DNA of 64,000 bases. It comes from Lama guanicoe. Its lineage: Eukaryota. Position 1 is the stretch's first letter. The number at the start of each line of letters is the position of its first letter. Below, one piece after another: positions 1-15,799 of this stretch. The notes beneath the pieces are model-generated. The model worked only from the letters and a program-made list of their open reading frames with translations. It was not told the origin of the DNA and did not search any database. Location: positions 10,065,231 through 10,129,230 of the forward strand of contig MU054187.1 in NCBI GenBank assembly GCA_013239625.1. Direction: 5' to 3'. The position numbers and the translations under genes were made by a program.

Positions 1-74
1 ATTTATGACTTAAATTGGCACTTCTCTACAGTTAAAACTAATATACTTGATGGGAATCATACAAGTGATTCCTA

Positions 75-167
75 TTTTTTTCCCTTTCCCTTAAGGGAGG
101 CATTGGGGATTGAAACCAGGCCCTCACACATGCCAAGGGCATGTTCTACCACTGAGCTATATCCCCC
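75..167 (-). mobile_element. tRNA-derived SINE (Vic-1-like, diverged)
   Basis: Reverse complement GGGGGATATAGCTCAGTGGTAGAACATG...GGTTTCAATCCCC with Pol III A/B boxes and A-rich tail. Confidence 0.75.
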
Positions 168-671
168 ATCCTAAGCGACTCTAATCTTGAAGTATTTCCT
201 TCTCCCCATGGGAGAAAGTTATATTAGGGCATTTTCAGACCTTAATGAATATGCTATTATCTTTCACAGATTTACTTTTAAGATTTACTTCTCTTAGGTT
301 TTATTAACTTTCAACTCTCAACTGGTAGCTTTCAGAAGCCTAGCATTAGGCTACGTGTAACAGGAGTACATTAGTTCCAATGTTACTTACTATGTGGAAA
401 TAATAATTCATTCAATCATTCAAAACTTGGTGAAGACCTACTATGTACCAGGCACAATTCTCTAATGCTATTGATGTGCTTTGGGAAATAGTGTAAGGTA
501 TCTATTTAATACTTTTGAAACTTTTTTAATATATTGTTTTTTTAAAGTAAAATATGTTTTTGAAGGTCCTAAAAGACAAAATGAACAAAAGAAAATCCAA
601 GGACTATCTTACAGTACGTAAATTTCAAGCTTAAAAAACTGCATTTGTCAGGCAGAGCAGCTGAGGACTTA

Positions 672-806
<135 letters not shown>

Positions 807-1760
807 CTAAACAAGTGAACATACCACATAAATAAAGACACTTGCCAGTGCAAAATCATTTCAGCCTTTCATATATTTTATTCAATTTAGTAATATGTGG
901 CGTTCTATTAAAAGGGAGACCAGGTGAGAAATCCACCACATTTGTTTTCCGTTATTGTGACATACCACTCCCATCCCCAACAATAAATACCTTGAAAATG
1001 TATTCTTTTAAAATATTTTATTTCCTCTTTGCCACCCAACTCTTAAAATTTACCCAGTTCATACTATTACTAACAAAAACCTGCAAATCATGCCCTGACA
1101 AGATACCCCGTCCATGGCTTAACCTATGCTTTCCACTGTCACTGGTGTGTTTTATGCCTTTGTCCTACTGTATTTTTCATCTACTCTTGTGCAGATAGAC
1201 ATAAGACAATAGAGACTGTCAAAGCCATGTTCAAAAGTTGTCAACTGATCAATGTCAACAAGCCAAGAATACTAACCCCTATGTATGGGAAGAGATTTAG
1301 GGTAGGATTCCCTTATTTAAAAAGATAAGGAAAAAAGACAAAAAAACATAAGGTAGGAAGGATGAGGAGGACCTATCACCGCCATAGTATGGATTTCGTT
1401 GCAGCTCTGAACAAAGATAACATGAAGGTCTCTAGATTTTTACAAGTTCTTTCTCCTCCTAGTACACTAGAACGATCCTATAAATATGTGACAAGGATGT
1501 TCTTTTTTAAACATAATGTCAATGGTTGGAGGGTTGCAGGGAAGATGTAAAAACATGTGAGACATACCTTAGAGTTGGAAATTTAGTTATCAGTATTTTA
1601 AGGGAATAAACTACTCTGATTTATATCAATTTAAAAAAAAAAACCTAAGTTTTTATTTCCCCAAACTGAAATCAGCCAGTATTATCAACTGGATATATTC
1701 ACCACAAGGTGCTGGTAGCTTATCAGTTTATAAGATTAAGAGGACATTTTCCCTTCTTTA

Positions 1761-1979
<219 letters not shown>

Positions 1980-3218
1980 TTAACCAAGTGCACTGAAAAA
2001 GCATACACTATTTAAAATGAAACAGAGGCAGAAAGCGGTGTGAAGTAAGATACACTGGCACCATTTAAAGGTCAGCGTACTTACTAGTAAGTATGCATTT
2101 GGAACACACCCAAATATGATCCTTAAGTAGTTCTAGCAATGAAACACACTCAGCTGATGAAAGACTAACCAGAACGTGTCAAAACAGAGCTTACTTTTAG
2201 TCTACATTAGCATTTACTAAATAAACTGTTCTAATGAATGCTAATGCCTTAAGATGTTAAAAAAAATTCCTCAAAAAAAAAAATCCCCTTTTCAAGTAAG
2301 TTAAGGAAATGATGAAAACAGGTTTATTATAGCCTTTAATTTGCTAACATGTACTGAGTACTCTGAAGGGGATACACAATATGCAGTGTTTCCAAAACTT
2401 ATTTTACCATGAGGCCCTTTCTACTTTTTTAGAGTATCTACTATTACCTCTAATAACATATATTCTTTGGAACACAACTATGGAAATAATGGCCTAGACC
2501 CCTGTATTCTTAAGCATGTTACTCTGAGTAATCATACTTGTAATTAATATAAACAGAAATAAATGGCTTCTCATAGAACAAGCACAGATAATGTAAATAA
2601 TACTAAGTTTCACAACTACTCTAGGTGTAATGTATATTACTTCAAAAAAGGACCACATACACGTCTATGGCCATAACTCAGTAGGTATCTGGCAGGAAAC
2701 TGCTCCTTTCATGCTACCAATTAGAAGAAATTATAAGCTAGTATGAGGGAAATTTAATGTCCTAGATTTTGGAATATGAGAGAACCCTGTTTCAATTATA
2801 TCTTTACCATCTAACTCAATAAGTTATTTCATAATCTTCTGCCTCAGTTCTACATAAACAACAAAGACAATAATGTCTATGAGAAACAACCAAAACACAT
2901 ACACACAACATGTAAAGCACACAACTGGCTGTCAGTAAGCAGGAGCTATGAGGCTTTGCAGGCTGTATGGTCTTTGCTGCTACTACTCAACTTTACTTTT
3001 GTAGTGCGATGCGGGTTTTTCTAAGATTATAAATGAAACTGCAGAAAAAGGGAGTACTCTTCTATAATCTAAGATATTTAAGTATTTTTTTTACACACAC
3101 ACTCTAATTTGAGAAAGACCTTGTATTTTTGCCTTTTTTGTTCCACACATTATAAAAATAGTCTCCAGAGTCAAGTAATGTAAGGCAGAATAAACTAATT
3201 TCAAGTCAAATATACTAC

Positions 3219-3329
3219 CTCCAACAACGATGTTCACCATTTCTTCTACAATGCTCTGTACAATGTCATGTGGCTTTTCCTCACAGTCATGGTTTTCTCC
3301 ATCATATAATATATCATTTTTAGATAACG
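3219..3329 (-). CDS. ARFGEF1: ARFGEF1 exon 7 (111 nt, (T)[36 protein letters not shown])
   Basis: tttaaag|CGTTATCT ... GTTGGAG|gtagta; phase 1 to phase 1. Confidence 0.95.
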
Positions 3330-6269
3330 CTTTAAAAAAAATTCAAAAAAAATTTTTTTAGTTTTTTGGAAACTTTTACTGAGCATTTATAATGAAAAGA
3401 TCTCAAGAAATTAAGAATGAAAGAAAAAAAATTAAATAGATACATGACACTAGAAGCAATTAGTTAAATATTCAACATTTATAACCAAACCGTATTTTAA
3501 AATCTCATAATTTCAACAATTCATTTGACAAGCTATTAAATGAATATTCAACTTAAGTGAGTTTTCTAGACTTAAGAACCAAAACTTTTAAAAGTATCCT
3601 GAATAAACATTTCTAACATGTCCCACACACTTATCAGGTAATATTAAATGTCATTTAAGCTTGTTTTGATTAATCAGGTTCATCAATAATATCAAGCTCC
3701 TTGCTGCTCTAATATAGTGAGGTCCTGGATGAGGCAGAGATGGGGCCATCTGGGCCCTTCCTTACTATTTCTTCCCCAATCGAATCTACATATCCAATGT
3801 AAAACTGAATTTAATAAGTAAAAAAGAGTTCATTCCCCAATTTAACATTAATTGAAAACAGATATAACTGCCAACTGGAACTTCTGAACAACATACAAGA
3901 AACTAATAAAATTTGACATTCTCAGTTAGCTTGTGTAGACCATTGCAGATAAAAATAGGATTTCCACTGGGTTTTTTGAAATGCTGAAAATACCTCAGGA
4001 AGGCTAAATTAGTACTTTAAGATGTTCTGGGATCTGGGACCCTGTTCTGCGAGCCATTGCCCTAAAGCAAGTAACATCAGACTGCATTTGAGCTAACAGT
4101 GCTACTGTCTACAAACCCATCTCCATCACACTACTATAAAGGACCACTGCTTATAACTCTGGCTTCCAGAAGTCTGTCCTCCCCATTGTTCACTGCTCCT
4201 AATCTACTATTTGCTGCAGAATTCTACAAAATACTGAATGCCACAGGAGAAATGTGATAAATAGGCATGTCAAATCAGTAGTTTTATTTTATAAAAATCC
4301 AAATACAGTAGCATTTAGATTCTTCTGTGGAGTAAAAATATGTAAATGTCTTGACAGATAATTTTTCCATCATTCTTAAGTTCTGTATTTCTGTGCCTTA
4401 GTTAGCTAAAATTACAAAGAATCTAAAAATTAAGTTTCAATATAACTATACAGTCACTAAAAGTGCACAAAATGATTAATGAAATGAGTCAATTCTCATA
4501 TAAATTATCTGACAGAAATAGATTAGAGTAACAGTGAGTAATGTTTATTACACATGGGAAATGACTAGAGAAGTTAACTGTTATGTTCAAAGTCACACAG
4601 CCAGTAAGTGATAAGAGATGTGACTCAGAGCAGATAATCTACTCCAGGGCAGGCACTCTTAGCCAAAGGCTCTCAGGCAGAATTTTCACTTTTATGAACT
4701 GTAGGGAGAAAAATACCTTTGAAAAGCCAAAATAATCACAAATACACCACAGGAAGTTATGTCTTATTTACAATTCTGTATCCTAAAAGGTACCTACAGT
4801 GGTACCAAGTACACAGCATATCTTCCATTCCTTGGTTTTCAGCCTACGTTGTTTCTCCTGTTGGGAAATTTCCTAAACTTTCTAGCTAGCCAATTCCTAC
4901 CCTTATCCAAACAAGATTCATCTAAAACATCATCACTTTCTCAAACTCTCCTCAGCAGACTTATCCTGTGCATGCCACTTGCAGGTTATCACATTATACC
5001 TCATTTATACATGCCTGACCTTCCCGGCACACCACCAGCACCCTAACAACGATGGCTAGATCTTCATCAGCTTTTTAACCCCAAGTCCTAGCACACTGCC
5101 TGGGACACAGTATGCCAAATGAATGTTTGCTGAGTGCATGGATGAAGAAATGAAGGAATAAATAAAGTTCCAGTTTTATCAGAGATTAGCCCTTTGACTA
5201 CACACATCCCCTTTAAAAGCATGCGGTGAAAGTAGGGCAAATCTTGGCAAGGGCAGGTTAGGAAAATGTAAATCACATAAGCAGTACAGATTCACTATTA
5301 GCTTGAGTACTAGGAATGCCAGGCTTTTCAAAATTGTCCCTTTTAAAATAAATACTAAAAAATAAAAATAAAATAAAATAAGTATTAAAGTACCATCAAA
5401 AATAGTAAAAAGTAATTCATGGCACTGTTAATATTTATGCCACTATTATGTTATGAAAAAGATATGGTTAAAAAATATCAAGAGCTGAAAAATACTATAA
5501 AAGTCTTTCCTCAAAGTAAAAACACAAGTCAGATGAATTGTAACTAAGCCCTAACCATCCTAGTTCTACAAAACCACACTGGAAAGACAACAGAATTTCT
5601 ATCATTTTTTTTGACACCAAGCTAAGGAGAAGCAAAGGGAACAAACTTACTCCCTGGCAGTTTTATAGAACAGCAAAAACTGGGAATAATGTTTGGGGGA
5701 AAAAAATAACTGCATGTGATTATTTTTAGAGAAATAAATTTGTAAAAGAAATAAATGTAATTCAATTTTTGTAATCTTGTCAACTTTTTCTTATAAACGA
5801 ATTTACTCAGAAAAATACTGTCAGAGAACATCTAAATTTTATTGATTACTAAACATTAGGCTATAAAAATAAACAAGATATTTTTGTATGCCAGGTAGTT
5901 ACTCGGAGAATTTCTTTGCATATTTAATTTCAGTACTTTTTTTGACAATATCTTGTGAACTTACAATGATTTATTAAAAGTTTCAGTCACATTCCAGAAA
6001 ACCTTACCAAATGAATGGCCCTCTTGTTTGCTAGGAACTAACGTTCAGGTAACTGAGGTTCCTATATTACGTGCTAACAGATATTTATGACCCTCTTTTG
6101 TAACGTATCTCCTCCAAAGCAAGTCTATAACTCATACTGCTCATAAGACGCTAATGAATGCATAATATCAACAGACGTTTTGTGGGCTTACGTGAAATTA
6201 ACTTTACCACTTAGGATGGAAAAAGTCCACAATTACCCCAATGTTTCTGATATCCATTAAGTCATACTA

Positions 6270-6629
<360 letters not shown>

Positions 6630-8040
6630 CTAGAAAAAAAGAGAACATAATTTCCAATATTAGCAAAGTAAGTTGTCTAAATTTGGAGGGGTAATGTTAC
6701 ACTCAACTATAAATCCTTCATATAAGGTGCCACCTTGTCTCTAGGTGTAGAAACTGCAGTCCATCAGAAATAAAAAACAAAACATATTAAAGACATAATA
6801 ACAAAAATAGTGGTTACTTCTTAGGGGGATAGAATTTGGCAAACAAGAACAGAGATGGAAGTCTTTCACTGTATGTTCTCTTTTCATTATTTTTGGTGTT
6901 TAACATGAATGTATTACTTAAACAAAATTAAAAACTAAAATAATTTTAATAACTTTAGAATGATAACTGGGTTGTTGCCAGTAGATTCACCTAAAATCAA
7001 AGTTTCACTAAGGGAGGAAAAAAGTGGACAAAGGAATAAAATACACATTCATTTTTACTTATATAGAGAGAAACAAAGTCTAGACATAAACATAAGAAAC
7101 TAGCAATAATGGTTACCTATAAGGGGTAGAAGTTAGGAAGTGACCAAATTAGAAACAAGAATGGGTGGCATCTTTTCAGTGTATACCTTTCTGTACTATG
7201 TTTTTATGTTACCTCATCACGTGTCTTTTAATTAAAAAAATAAAATTACATTTAATAAATAAAATTGCAGTGAGTACCTAAATGCCTCTGCCCAGTCAGT
7301 CATCTAATAGGATTGAAAAAACTGTATCTACAAATGCTCTAATTTTATTTTAGGAGACCTGTCATTATATATATAACACCATGGGTAAAACTGGCTCACT
7401 TACAAGATGCTAAAAACAGTAACAATCAAGAACACAGTGTTTCATTTTTTAGCACTTTATTGCTTTTAGACACATCTCTTGTGGTCTTCATGACCTAATA
7501 AGAATAGTTCTCATGGAATTAATTTCCACAAAGATAAGTATTTTATAGCATCAAATATGAACATTTCATATTCATAGTAATATTCCAAGTTATGTAGAAA
7601 TATCAGAATTAATTATATGAATGTAAAAATAAAGCTGAATTAAGATTTTAATGCCCCAAAGGTAGGAACAGACTTAAAATCTACATGGTCTAAATCCCTT
7701 ATTTTATCAGTAAGGAAATCAATGGGCAGGTCTAGCTGCATAGTTGGAATCAGAACAGAATTCCCAAACCAAAGCTCTGGCCCATTCATGAGAAAGTCAA
7801 TGTCCAAATTAACAGTAAGGAACCTATGACTTGCAGTCCAATCTTACCCACAGCCCAACTTCAGCTAGTCTGCACCATGGCTTAGTAGGGCAAGTACATG
7901 CTTTGGAATCACAGACAAGCAAAGTGTTGAATTCTAGCTTTTTCTACTTTTTCCAAAGTTCTGTAACCTCTAGAAAGGTCTTTGAAAAATAGAGGAAATT
8001 AACTTAAAACATTTTCTGTACACTTCCACACTTTCTGGAG

Positions 8041-8285
8041 TAGGGTTTCTCAGTATCAGTACTACTGACATTTGGATCAGGTAATTCTTTGCTGTGTGTG
8101 AGTGGGGGGATGTGAGTGAACTAGGATTGTCCAGTGTACTGCTGGGAGTTTAGCAACATCCTATCCCTATCCTTAATGGGCAGAAACCCATTATATGCCA
8201 ATAACAGCCTCCTCACCCCAGTCATGACAATCAGAAGTGCAAATGTGGCTTTGGAGGCAAAACCATCTTCCACTGAAAACCACTG
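8041..8285. mobile_element. MER20-like hAT DNA transposon
   Basis: Ends TAGGGTTTCTCA ... TGAAAACCACTG; internal ACTACTGACATTTGG...TAATTCTTTG motif. Confidence 0.7.
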
Positions 8286-8829
8286 TTCTAGAGAAAGAAA
8301 TGAGCATTTCCTCCTTTGAAATAATTTTAGAACTGGATACTTTATAGTGAATTTTATTTGGGGAGGAGAGGAAAAGTTATCAGTAGCATATACAAATGAA
8401 TTAGACTTCTAGCTTAGAATATTTTAGCAAACATGAAAAAATCAGTCTGTGTCCCACCTTCTTAATTTTCTCTCCCTCCCCTTTCCCACTTGTCTATAAT
8501 TTTCTATAATTAAATATGCTTCATGACATGAAGCATGTTCACGGGTTCTATCACAATTCAGTTACGTATTTACTTTTGGGATTATTGGTTCATCTTCCCC
8601 CTCTATGCCCCACAGTTTGTTAAGATCTTTGAAAGCAGCGGTCAAGTTGGTTTTGCCCAGCACTGTGTAACTGAGAACCAGAACAGTGCCAGGAACATAC
8701 AGAGAACGTATTAAGAAGTTGCTGAACACGTCAAACCAATAAAAATTACTCTTTATATTTCTGCCATTAAAAAGTGATAAAATCATTATCATTCACTCCT
8801 TCAAAAAGGAGCAAAACTATTATTTGTGG

Positions 8830-11280
8830 TTGCAAAATATTAGCAATAATCCAGTGTCAATATACAGGAGAGTGACTGAATAGATGTGAAAAAAAAAAAA
8901 ATGAGGAAGCTCTCTAAGGAGTGATACAGAACGCTTTCCAGGACATACTACTAAGTGACAAGAGCAAAGTCCAAAAGAGTATCCACAGGACGTGGTAGTC
9001 AGCCTTTTTAAGATAGCCACCAATGATCTCCACCTCTTCATGTTCACCTCTTTGTAGAGCCCCCTCCTATACTGTGCCAGGGATGATCTGCGTGACCACT
9101 TCTGATCATAAGGTAGTTTCTGCCTTGTTTTTCTCTCTTTCTGTCTCTCTCTCTCTCTCATTCTCTAGCCCAATAAACGCTTTAAGTGACAGCAGCCCCA
9201 GCTGATATTGTGATCCACACAACCACCTGCAACCTCATGTGAAATCCAAGCCACAATCATAGAGCTAAGCCACGCTTGGATTCTGGACCTTTGGAAACTG
9301 TTGTGATAAGCAGCTAAACCGTGAGTTTTAAGCAGCTAAACTATGAGTTTTAAGCAGCTGAAGTTTGGAGTAAGTTTGTTATGCAGTGATGGATAACTAA
9401 TATAGCATGTTACCTTTCATGTAAGAAAGGTGATACATGAAACCATACATATATCTATCTGCTCATTTGTGCTAAAGAAATGCAGAAGGATGAACTAGAA
9501 ACAATAGAGATTATCTACATCCATCCAAGGGGTGTAAAGAGAGGAAGAGGACTGACAGGAATGACAGGAGTATACCTTTTTTATAGCTCTAACTCTTAGC
9601 TTATAGTAGTGTTTAACATACTCAGGAAATAAGTAAGCAATTAAACCAGAATGCGAGGGACACCGAAATGGAAAACAGGCAGTAATAAATGAACTTAATT
9701 GCATTATAAAGTAATAACATTATCCCTTAAGAGTACGGAGAAGAAAAGAACTAACCTAAGTAACTTTAGAAAATATTTTGAACGGATACTGTAAGGCTAA
9801 AGACAAAAAAATAAGCCAAAAAATAAATGTTACAATTTACTTAGTAAATCTGCTTCTCATGGTATGAGTTAGCAATTCTAAAATTATTTTCTGTGTGTTA
9901 CAGTACAGGACTGAACAAATAATGTATCATAGAAAATGAAGGCCTTATTTCTCACGTTTAGGGAGAGGAAGTTATAAATAAAGGAAGAAGATTGAAATGA
10001 ACCCTATGGTACTGGACTGGAATCAAAAGTTATCAGTATGAACACATAGTTTTTAATATACATAGTCACATACAGATACGGAAGAGAGAAGAAGTGGGAA
10101 AGTGGGGTGAGTATACACATATATATTCCCTAGTTCAATCTGCTGAGAGGGCTTCCAAGCAATAACATCCCAGCTACAACGAACACACCTAGCACTCAGA
10201 TTCTAGTTTCTAATTACCATTCTCCAATCGAAGAAGTCAGGGCTCCCTGTTTAAATGTCTACTACTCCAAAGCTGAAGCAGAGGAAATTCAAAACGAGCC
10301 TGGAAAATCTTGAAATTCCAGAAAGTAAGGAGGGACTCAAAAAAAAAACAAAAAACAACCAAACAACAGGAACTTGTCAAAAGGTCAGAAAGCCAAAGCT
10401 GGAATAACTGGGACAACAAAATAAATAATGATAGAACTGGATTATAAACCATAGAATAATTACCCATGAATATAGACTGACATAAATAAAAAAACTGAAT
10501 AAATACAAAGGAAAGGAGAATAATTCTGGTCAATAAACACAGAAGGAGAGAGAAACAGAAAATCACCACTAGGGAAACACCGCAGTAATAACTGTTGCCA
10601 ACAATATTCACTGATGGACACTCAAACTGGGGGTAGGGGAGTGTGAGGGAAAAATCAGGATATTCGCATAGTATTAAAGTATCTCTCCCAAGATATTTAT
10701 TAACTACAAAAGAGTAACTTTACAGTGTAAGAACCTGGCAGCTACCACCTTAACCGAGTAATCAGGGTTAACGTCGTCAGTATTAGGACATATCAACATC
10801 ATGAATTACTGATGTGATGTATTGAAAAGGACACAACACTGCTTCAGAGGTACTCTTGCAAGACATGGACAACTTCATTTTAATCATGAGAAAACATCAG
10901 ACAAAGCAAACTGAGGGATAATCAACAAAATAACTGATCATCACCCTTTAAGGTGATGAAAGCTGTACTGAGAAATTTTTACAAACTGGAGAAGAGTAAG
11001 ACATACTAAATGTGTATTAAATGCAACGTGGGATCCTGGATCAGATCTTAAAACAGAAAAGAAAAAAAAAAAAGAAATTCATGAAAAAATTGGTGAAATT
11101 CAAGTAAGGCTAACAGTTTATTTAATAGTATCATACCAGTGTAATTTCCTGCTTCTGGACATTGTAATGTGGTTCTGTAAGATGCTGGTATTAAGGAAAG
11201 TAGCAGGGTAAAGGAGATATCTCTGTAAATTTTTTTGCAACTTTTCCATAAGGTTAAAAGTTCAAAAAAAAAAGTTAGAG
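8830..11280 (+). mobile_element. Old L1 (L1MC/L1MD-type) 3' UTR, interrupted by an MLT1 LTR
   Basis: Typical L1M 3' UTR segments (e.g. gaacctggcagctaccaccttaacc...aatcatgagaaaacatcagacaaa...tgggatcctggatcagatc) ending in an A-rich tail; boundaries approximate. Confidence 0.65.
8991..9404 (+). mobile_element. MLT1-family (ERVL-MaLR) solo LTR
   Basis: GTGGTAGTCAGCC...AAGATAGCCACC start; GTTTTAAGC...TTTGTTATGCAG...ATAACTAATATA end. Confidence 0.7.
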
Positions 11281-11743
11281 GTTGGTTTTTAATTATGAAG
11301 ACTAAATAACTAAAAAAATTAATGATTTTCTAGCTGCTGTTCTCTTACTTCCTCCCCAAATATATTTCATCAACATAGAACGCATTTTGTTTATTTTTTA
11401 AAGGCTCAATGAATAATCTTATACCAGAACAGATCAAATAGGTAACTTATCTATATTACACTCATCTACTAAGCTTGAGAGCTTATTAAAAATATCAATT
11501 CATAAACATTTCCATAAGGATGATGGCAACTGGTATCTTTCAATTTCTATTTGTGAGCAACTAGAGACATATTTTATCCAAAGTCAAACAAGTCAGTAAG
11601 CCCCAAAACAAAACAAAACCACAGATCTCCGGTACACAAAACCTTAAAAACCATTCTCTCCACAGGCACAAAAGATTTCAGTGTAATTTCTATAAAATTT
11701 TTTCTATACTTGATGCTTGTGGTGTTCCATACAATCTCTCTCA

Positions 11744-12085
<342 letters not shown>

Positions 12086-12808
12086 TTAAAATATCCTATG
12101 TTTTCCTCATTCTGGCAGCAGCTTCCATATAATCCTCTCAAACCCAAAACAACAGAAAACCATTCAACTGATCTGTTTCAGCCCACAATTTCAAAAGTAC
12201 AAACAGTACAAGAAAATTTTACTGATAACCAAACACACCACCACTACTACTAGCAGTAACATTAAAAATTCAGTATTTGCAGCAGACTGAAAACACAACT
12301 GAGTGATTTTCCTTGGAAGGAGCTGATCACCCAGGTATATCACAGCACAAACCCAGACGGGGTTTAGCTGAGCAGGTTTAGCTGAGCAGGTTCAGCAGAC
12401 TGACAGGTGCAAGGGAGTCAGGAAAGCTGGTGCACAAGTAGTTCATATGGTGAAACCCAGGACTAGAGGGCAGACTGCAAGGACTCTGACAGCAGTAAAA
12501 GAAACCAGAAGAGTCACAAGACCTTCTTCACATGGGACCCGAAAGCTTAATGACAGAACCATGCCAGAAACAGAAAAGCTCTGGAAGGCTCTGGGGCCCT
12601 AAACTGGGACCTTTAAATAACAGATTTGCAAATAAGTGTCTTCTAGCGAACTCTTGGCATTCAGCAATAAATCTCCTGATGTGGAGTCTAAAAAGTACCC
12701 AAATGACCTCCATTATAGCTGGAAAGCACATAAAACGACCTTTCCAAATATTTTTCAAGGTAAAAGGCTTCTGATTTTTAAAAATAGAGATTATGAATAA
12801 CAAGTTCA

Positions 12809-13000
<192 letters not shown>

Positions 13001-13058
13001 CTAATTAAGCTAACAAATAAATATACTAATTAAACATACATTAAAATTACGATATACA

Positions 13059-13195
13059 GGGGGAGGGTATAGCTCAAATAGCAGAGCGCATGCTTAGCAT
13101 GCACAAGGTCCTGGGTTCAATCCCCAGTACCTCTATTTGAAAAAAAAAAAAAAAAAAGAAGAAGAAATAAATAAATAGATCTAATGACCCCCCCC
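13059..13195 (+). mobile_element. tRNA-derived SINE (camelid Vic-1-like) with 15-bp TSD
   Basis: GGGGAGGGTATAGCTCAAATAGCAGAGCGCATGCTTAGCATGCACAAGGTCCTGGGTTCAATCCCC; TSD aaattacgatataca (13044-13058) / aaattacaatataca (13196-13210). Confidence 0.88.
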
Positions 13196-13824
13196 AAATT
13201 ACAATATACAACTGAATATATATTAAACTTTTTACATAGAACTATTAAAGAATACTCAAAGCCAAGGCTATACCAACTCTTCCTGAAGAAAGCTTTATTA
13301 GCTATATAAACGTGAAATTATTTATACTCGTAATAACCACAAAAACAGAAAAATAACCACAGCAAAACCATCAGGCAGTACCTTTAAGAAGGGCAGACCT
13401 AAGAACTTGTCTCTGATGAGTTAGAATAGCTTATTGCTTTCTGTCCAAGCATTACTGATACTGCTTTTGTAAAAGCTATCTTAACACATTCAAATAACCC
13501 AAAATCACCTACCAAATTAGATCTGCGAAAATGCAGAGAACACAATTTCTATACACTGACTGCGATAAAACACAGATTTGTTTACTCATCATTACCATTA
13601 TAGCCCTGGAAGGAAGGCCTTAGATATTATCATTTTAATTTTTCAGGGAAAACAAGGTCACAAATCAAATGAACTTATCCTTAACCTATCTTAAGAACAA
13701 ATCATATGGATATGGTCTTTTCCACTGAATTGCTAGTTAAAAGGTATAATCCCCAAATCATGAAAATATCTGAAAAGAAAAGGACCTCTCTGTCTGAAGG
13801 TTTGTCTCATAAATATCTAAGAGG

Positions 13825-13825
<1 letters not shown>

Positions 13826-13858
<33 letters not shown>
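13826..13858. repeat. (TG)n microsatellite
   Basis: ~16 TG units seen directly. Confidence 0.95.
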
Positions 13859-13859
<1 letters not shown>

Positions 13860-14309
13860 TAAGTAAAACAAGAAGATTTCAGAAATTTTTCTGACATAAA
13901 TGAAGGTCAGAGCTGAAGTCCAATAGTAAATATAAATACTAAACTGTTAACATTAACCTACTGCTTTATATAAAACAGCAAGCATCTGGTAGAAAAAAAA
14001 ACAAACACTGAAATAATGATATATATAAAAATCAGTAGGTTAAAAGTACTATTTTTTTTTGCATTTCACTGATTAAAAAAGAGCATGAATCAACACTTTC
14101 ATTACTGATAACCTCAGTAAAGATTCTGTGTCTCACTAAGCTCACTAATGACTTTTGTTACCCTTAACCTAGAAACATCTTTTTGCAACTATTGTTTCTC
14201 CTGAATATTAAGCAACTACTTGGTTTCTTACCACAAAAAGAATAATCAACTGCTCTCATGGAAAATGACTGGACTCATCAATTCTGAGTAATGTTTAGAA
14301 ACACATTCA

Positions 14310-14528
<219 letters not shown>

Positions 14529-15067
14529 TTAGAATATCACATTTTTCATGTTGATGATACACTCAAATAAAAACACAGAATTTCAGTTCTAGAAGGCACT
14601 TTGCTAAACCAGACTTCCTCTTCCCATATTTCATGGGGAAAATAAAGTCCAGAGACGTTAAGTGATTTGTTGTAGGTCATAAGCTAGTGGCCAGAGCTGT
14701 AACTAAATGCAAGAAAAATTTTAAAAATCAACGCAATTACCTAATTACTTTAAATAATTTAGGTTACTAAATATTTAGTAATCTTTCTAAATATGAATCA
14801 AACTCTTTAAGCAAAGACTTTAAAGCATATCGTACAGCATTTCAGAAATACCCGTGTTTATTTATTTATTTAAGAGCTCTTTCAGTATTTACAGGTATGA
14901 TTACCATTATATTTCTCAAAAATTATTTTTTAAAAAATTGACTTTGTTACAAAGGCCACATGTAGAAAATTTGCTACACTAAAATACAGATGATTGTATT
15001 ACTATTTTGGCCAAGACTGACAAGTTTGCAAATTTTTTTTGCTGAAGGAAAAAAAAAAAAGACAAAC

Positions 15068-15098
15068 CTCTGCTTTTCAGTTTCCGCTTTTATTTCCT
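15068..15098 (-). CDS. ARFGEF1: ARFGEF1 exon 2 (31-nt micro-exon, (E)EIKAETEKQ(S))
   Basis: ttttttttccctcccaccag|AG GAA ATA AAA GCG GAA ACT GAA AAG CAG AG|gtttgt; phase 1 to phase 2. Confidence 0.93.
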
Positions 15099-15799
15099 CT
15101 GGTGGGAGGGAAAAAAAAGCATACATTAGAAAACCTACCAACAGAATTTGATTACAGGTTTTATAAATTAATTTATAACTTCTATAAGAAGTTGAGAAGA
15201 ATGCAAATTCAAAAGAAAATTAGGTACTAATAATATTCTGTTGCAGACAAATGTATTAATTTACAGAATATAATTCTATAAAACTATATGTATAAACAAC
15301 CATAAGGATAGGTACAATTGTGGGTTACTAATTCCCAAAGCATTTTCTTTCCTCAAAGTAGTTTTTTTCTTTTTTGTTAAGCAACTATTTACATTGACCA
15401 GCATTAATATTAAGAACAAAATAATAAGCATGCTGTATTCAAATCACAAAATATAAGGTACATGTTGGTTGAGGAAAAAAGCTCAAGGTACCACCCTTGG
15501 GATTATTTCAAGGAGATTATCAGTCCAGGACTATAACTTCTTAACCATCTACATATTTGTTGATATTTCATCAATTTTTCTACCTGTGACTATACAAGGT
15601 GCTATAAAACACGTATGCTCAATTTAATGGGAAATTTCCCTTTTGCTGTTTACATCTATAAGAGATGAAGAAAATTAGGTACATTCCATCTGTTACAGAA
15701 AAATGTTAAATTTAATGATAGTTTTGGGAATCCAGTTAATTGATTAAATTTATTTGAAATTTTTAAGAAAAGCATTCAAATATAACATTAATAATTACT

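Noticed and set aside
12361..12400. Short direct repeats (gtttagctgagcag x2.5) as a CRISPR-like array
   Set aside because: Simple tandem duplication without spacers; eukaryotic context and no cas genes.
13059..13135. tRNA-like sequences (also at 75-167, 16389, 17990)
   Set aside because: A-rich tails, TSDs and divergence mark them as SINEs, not functional tRNA genes.
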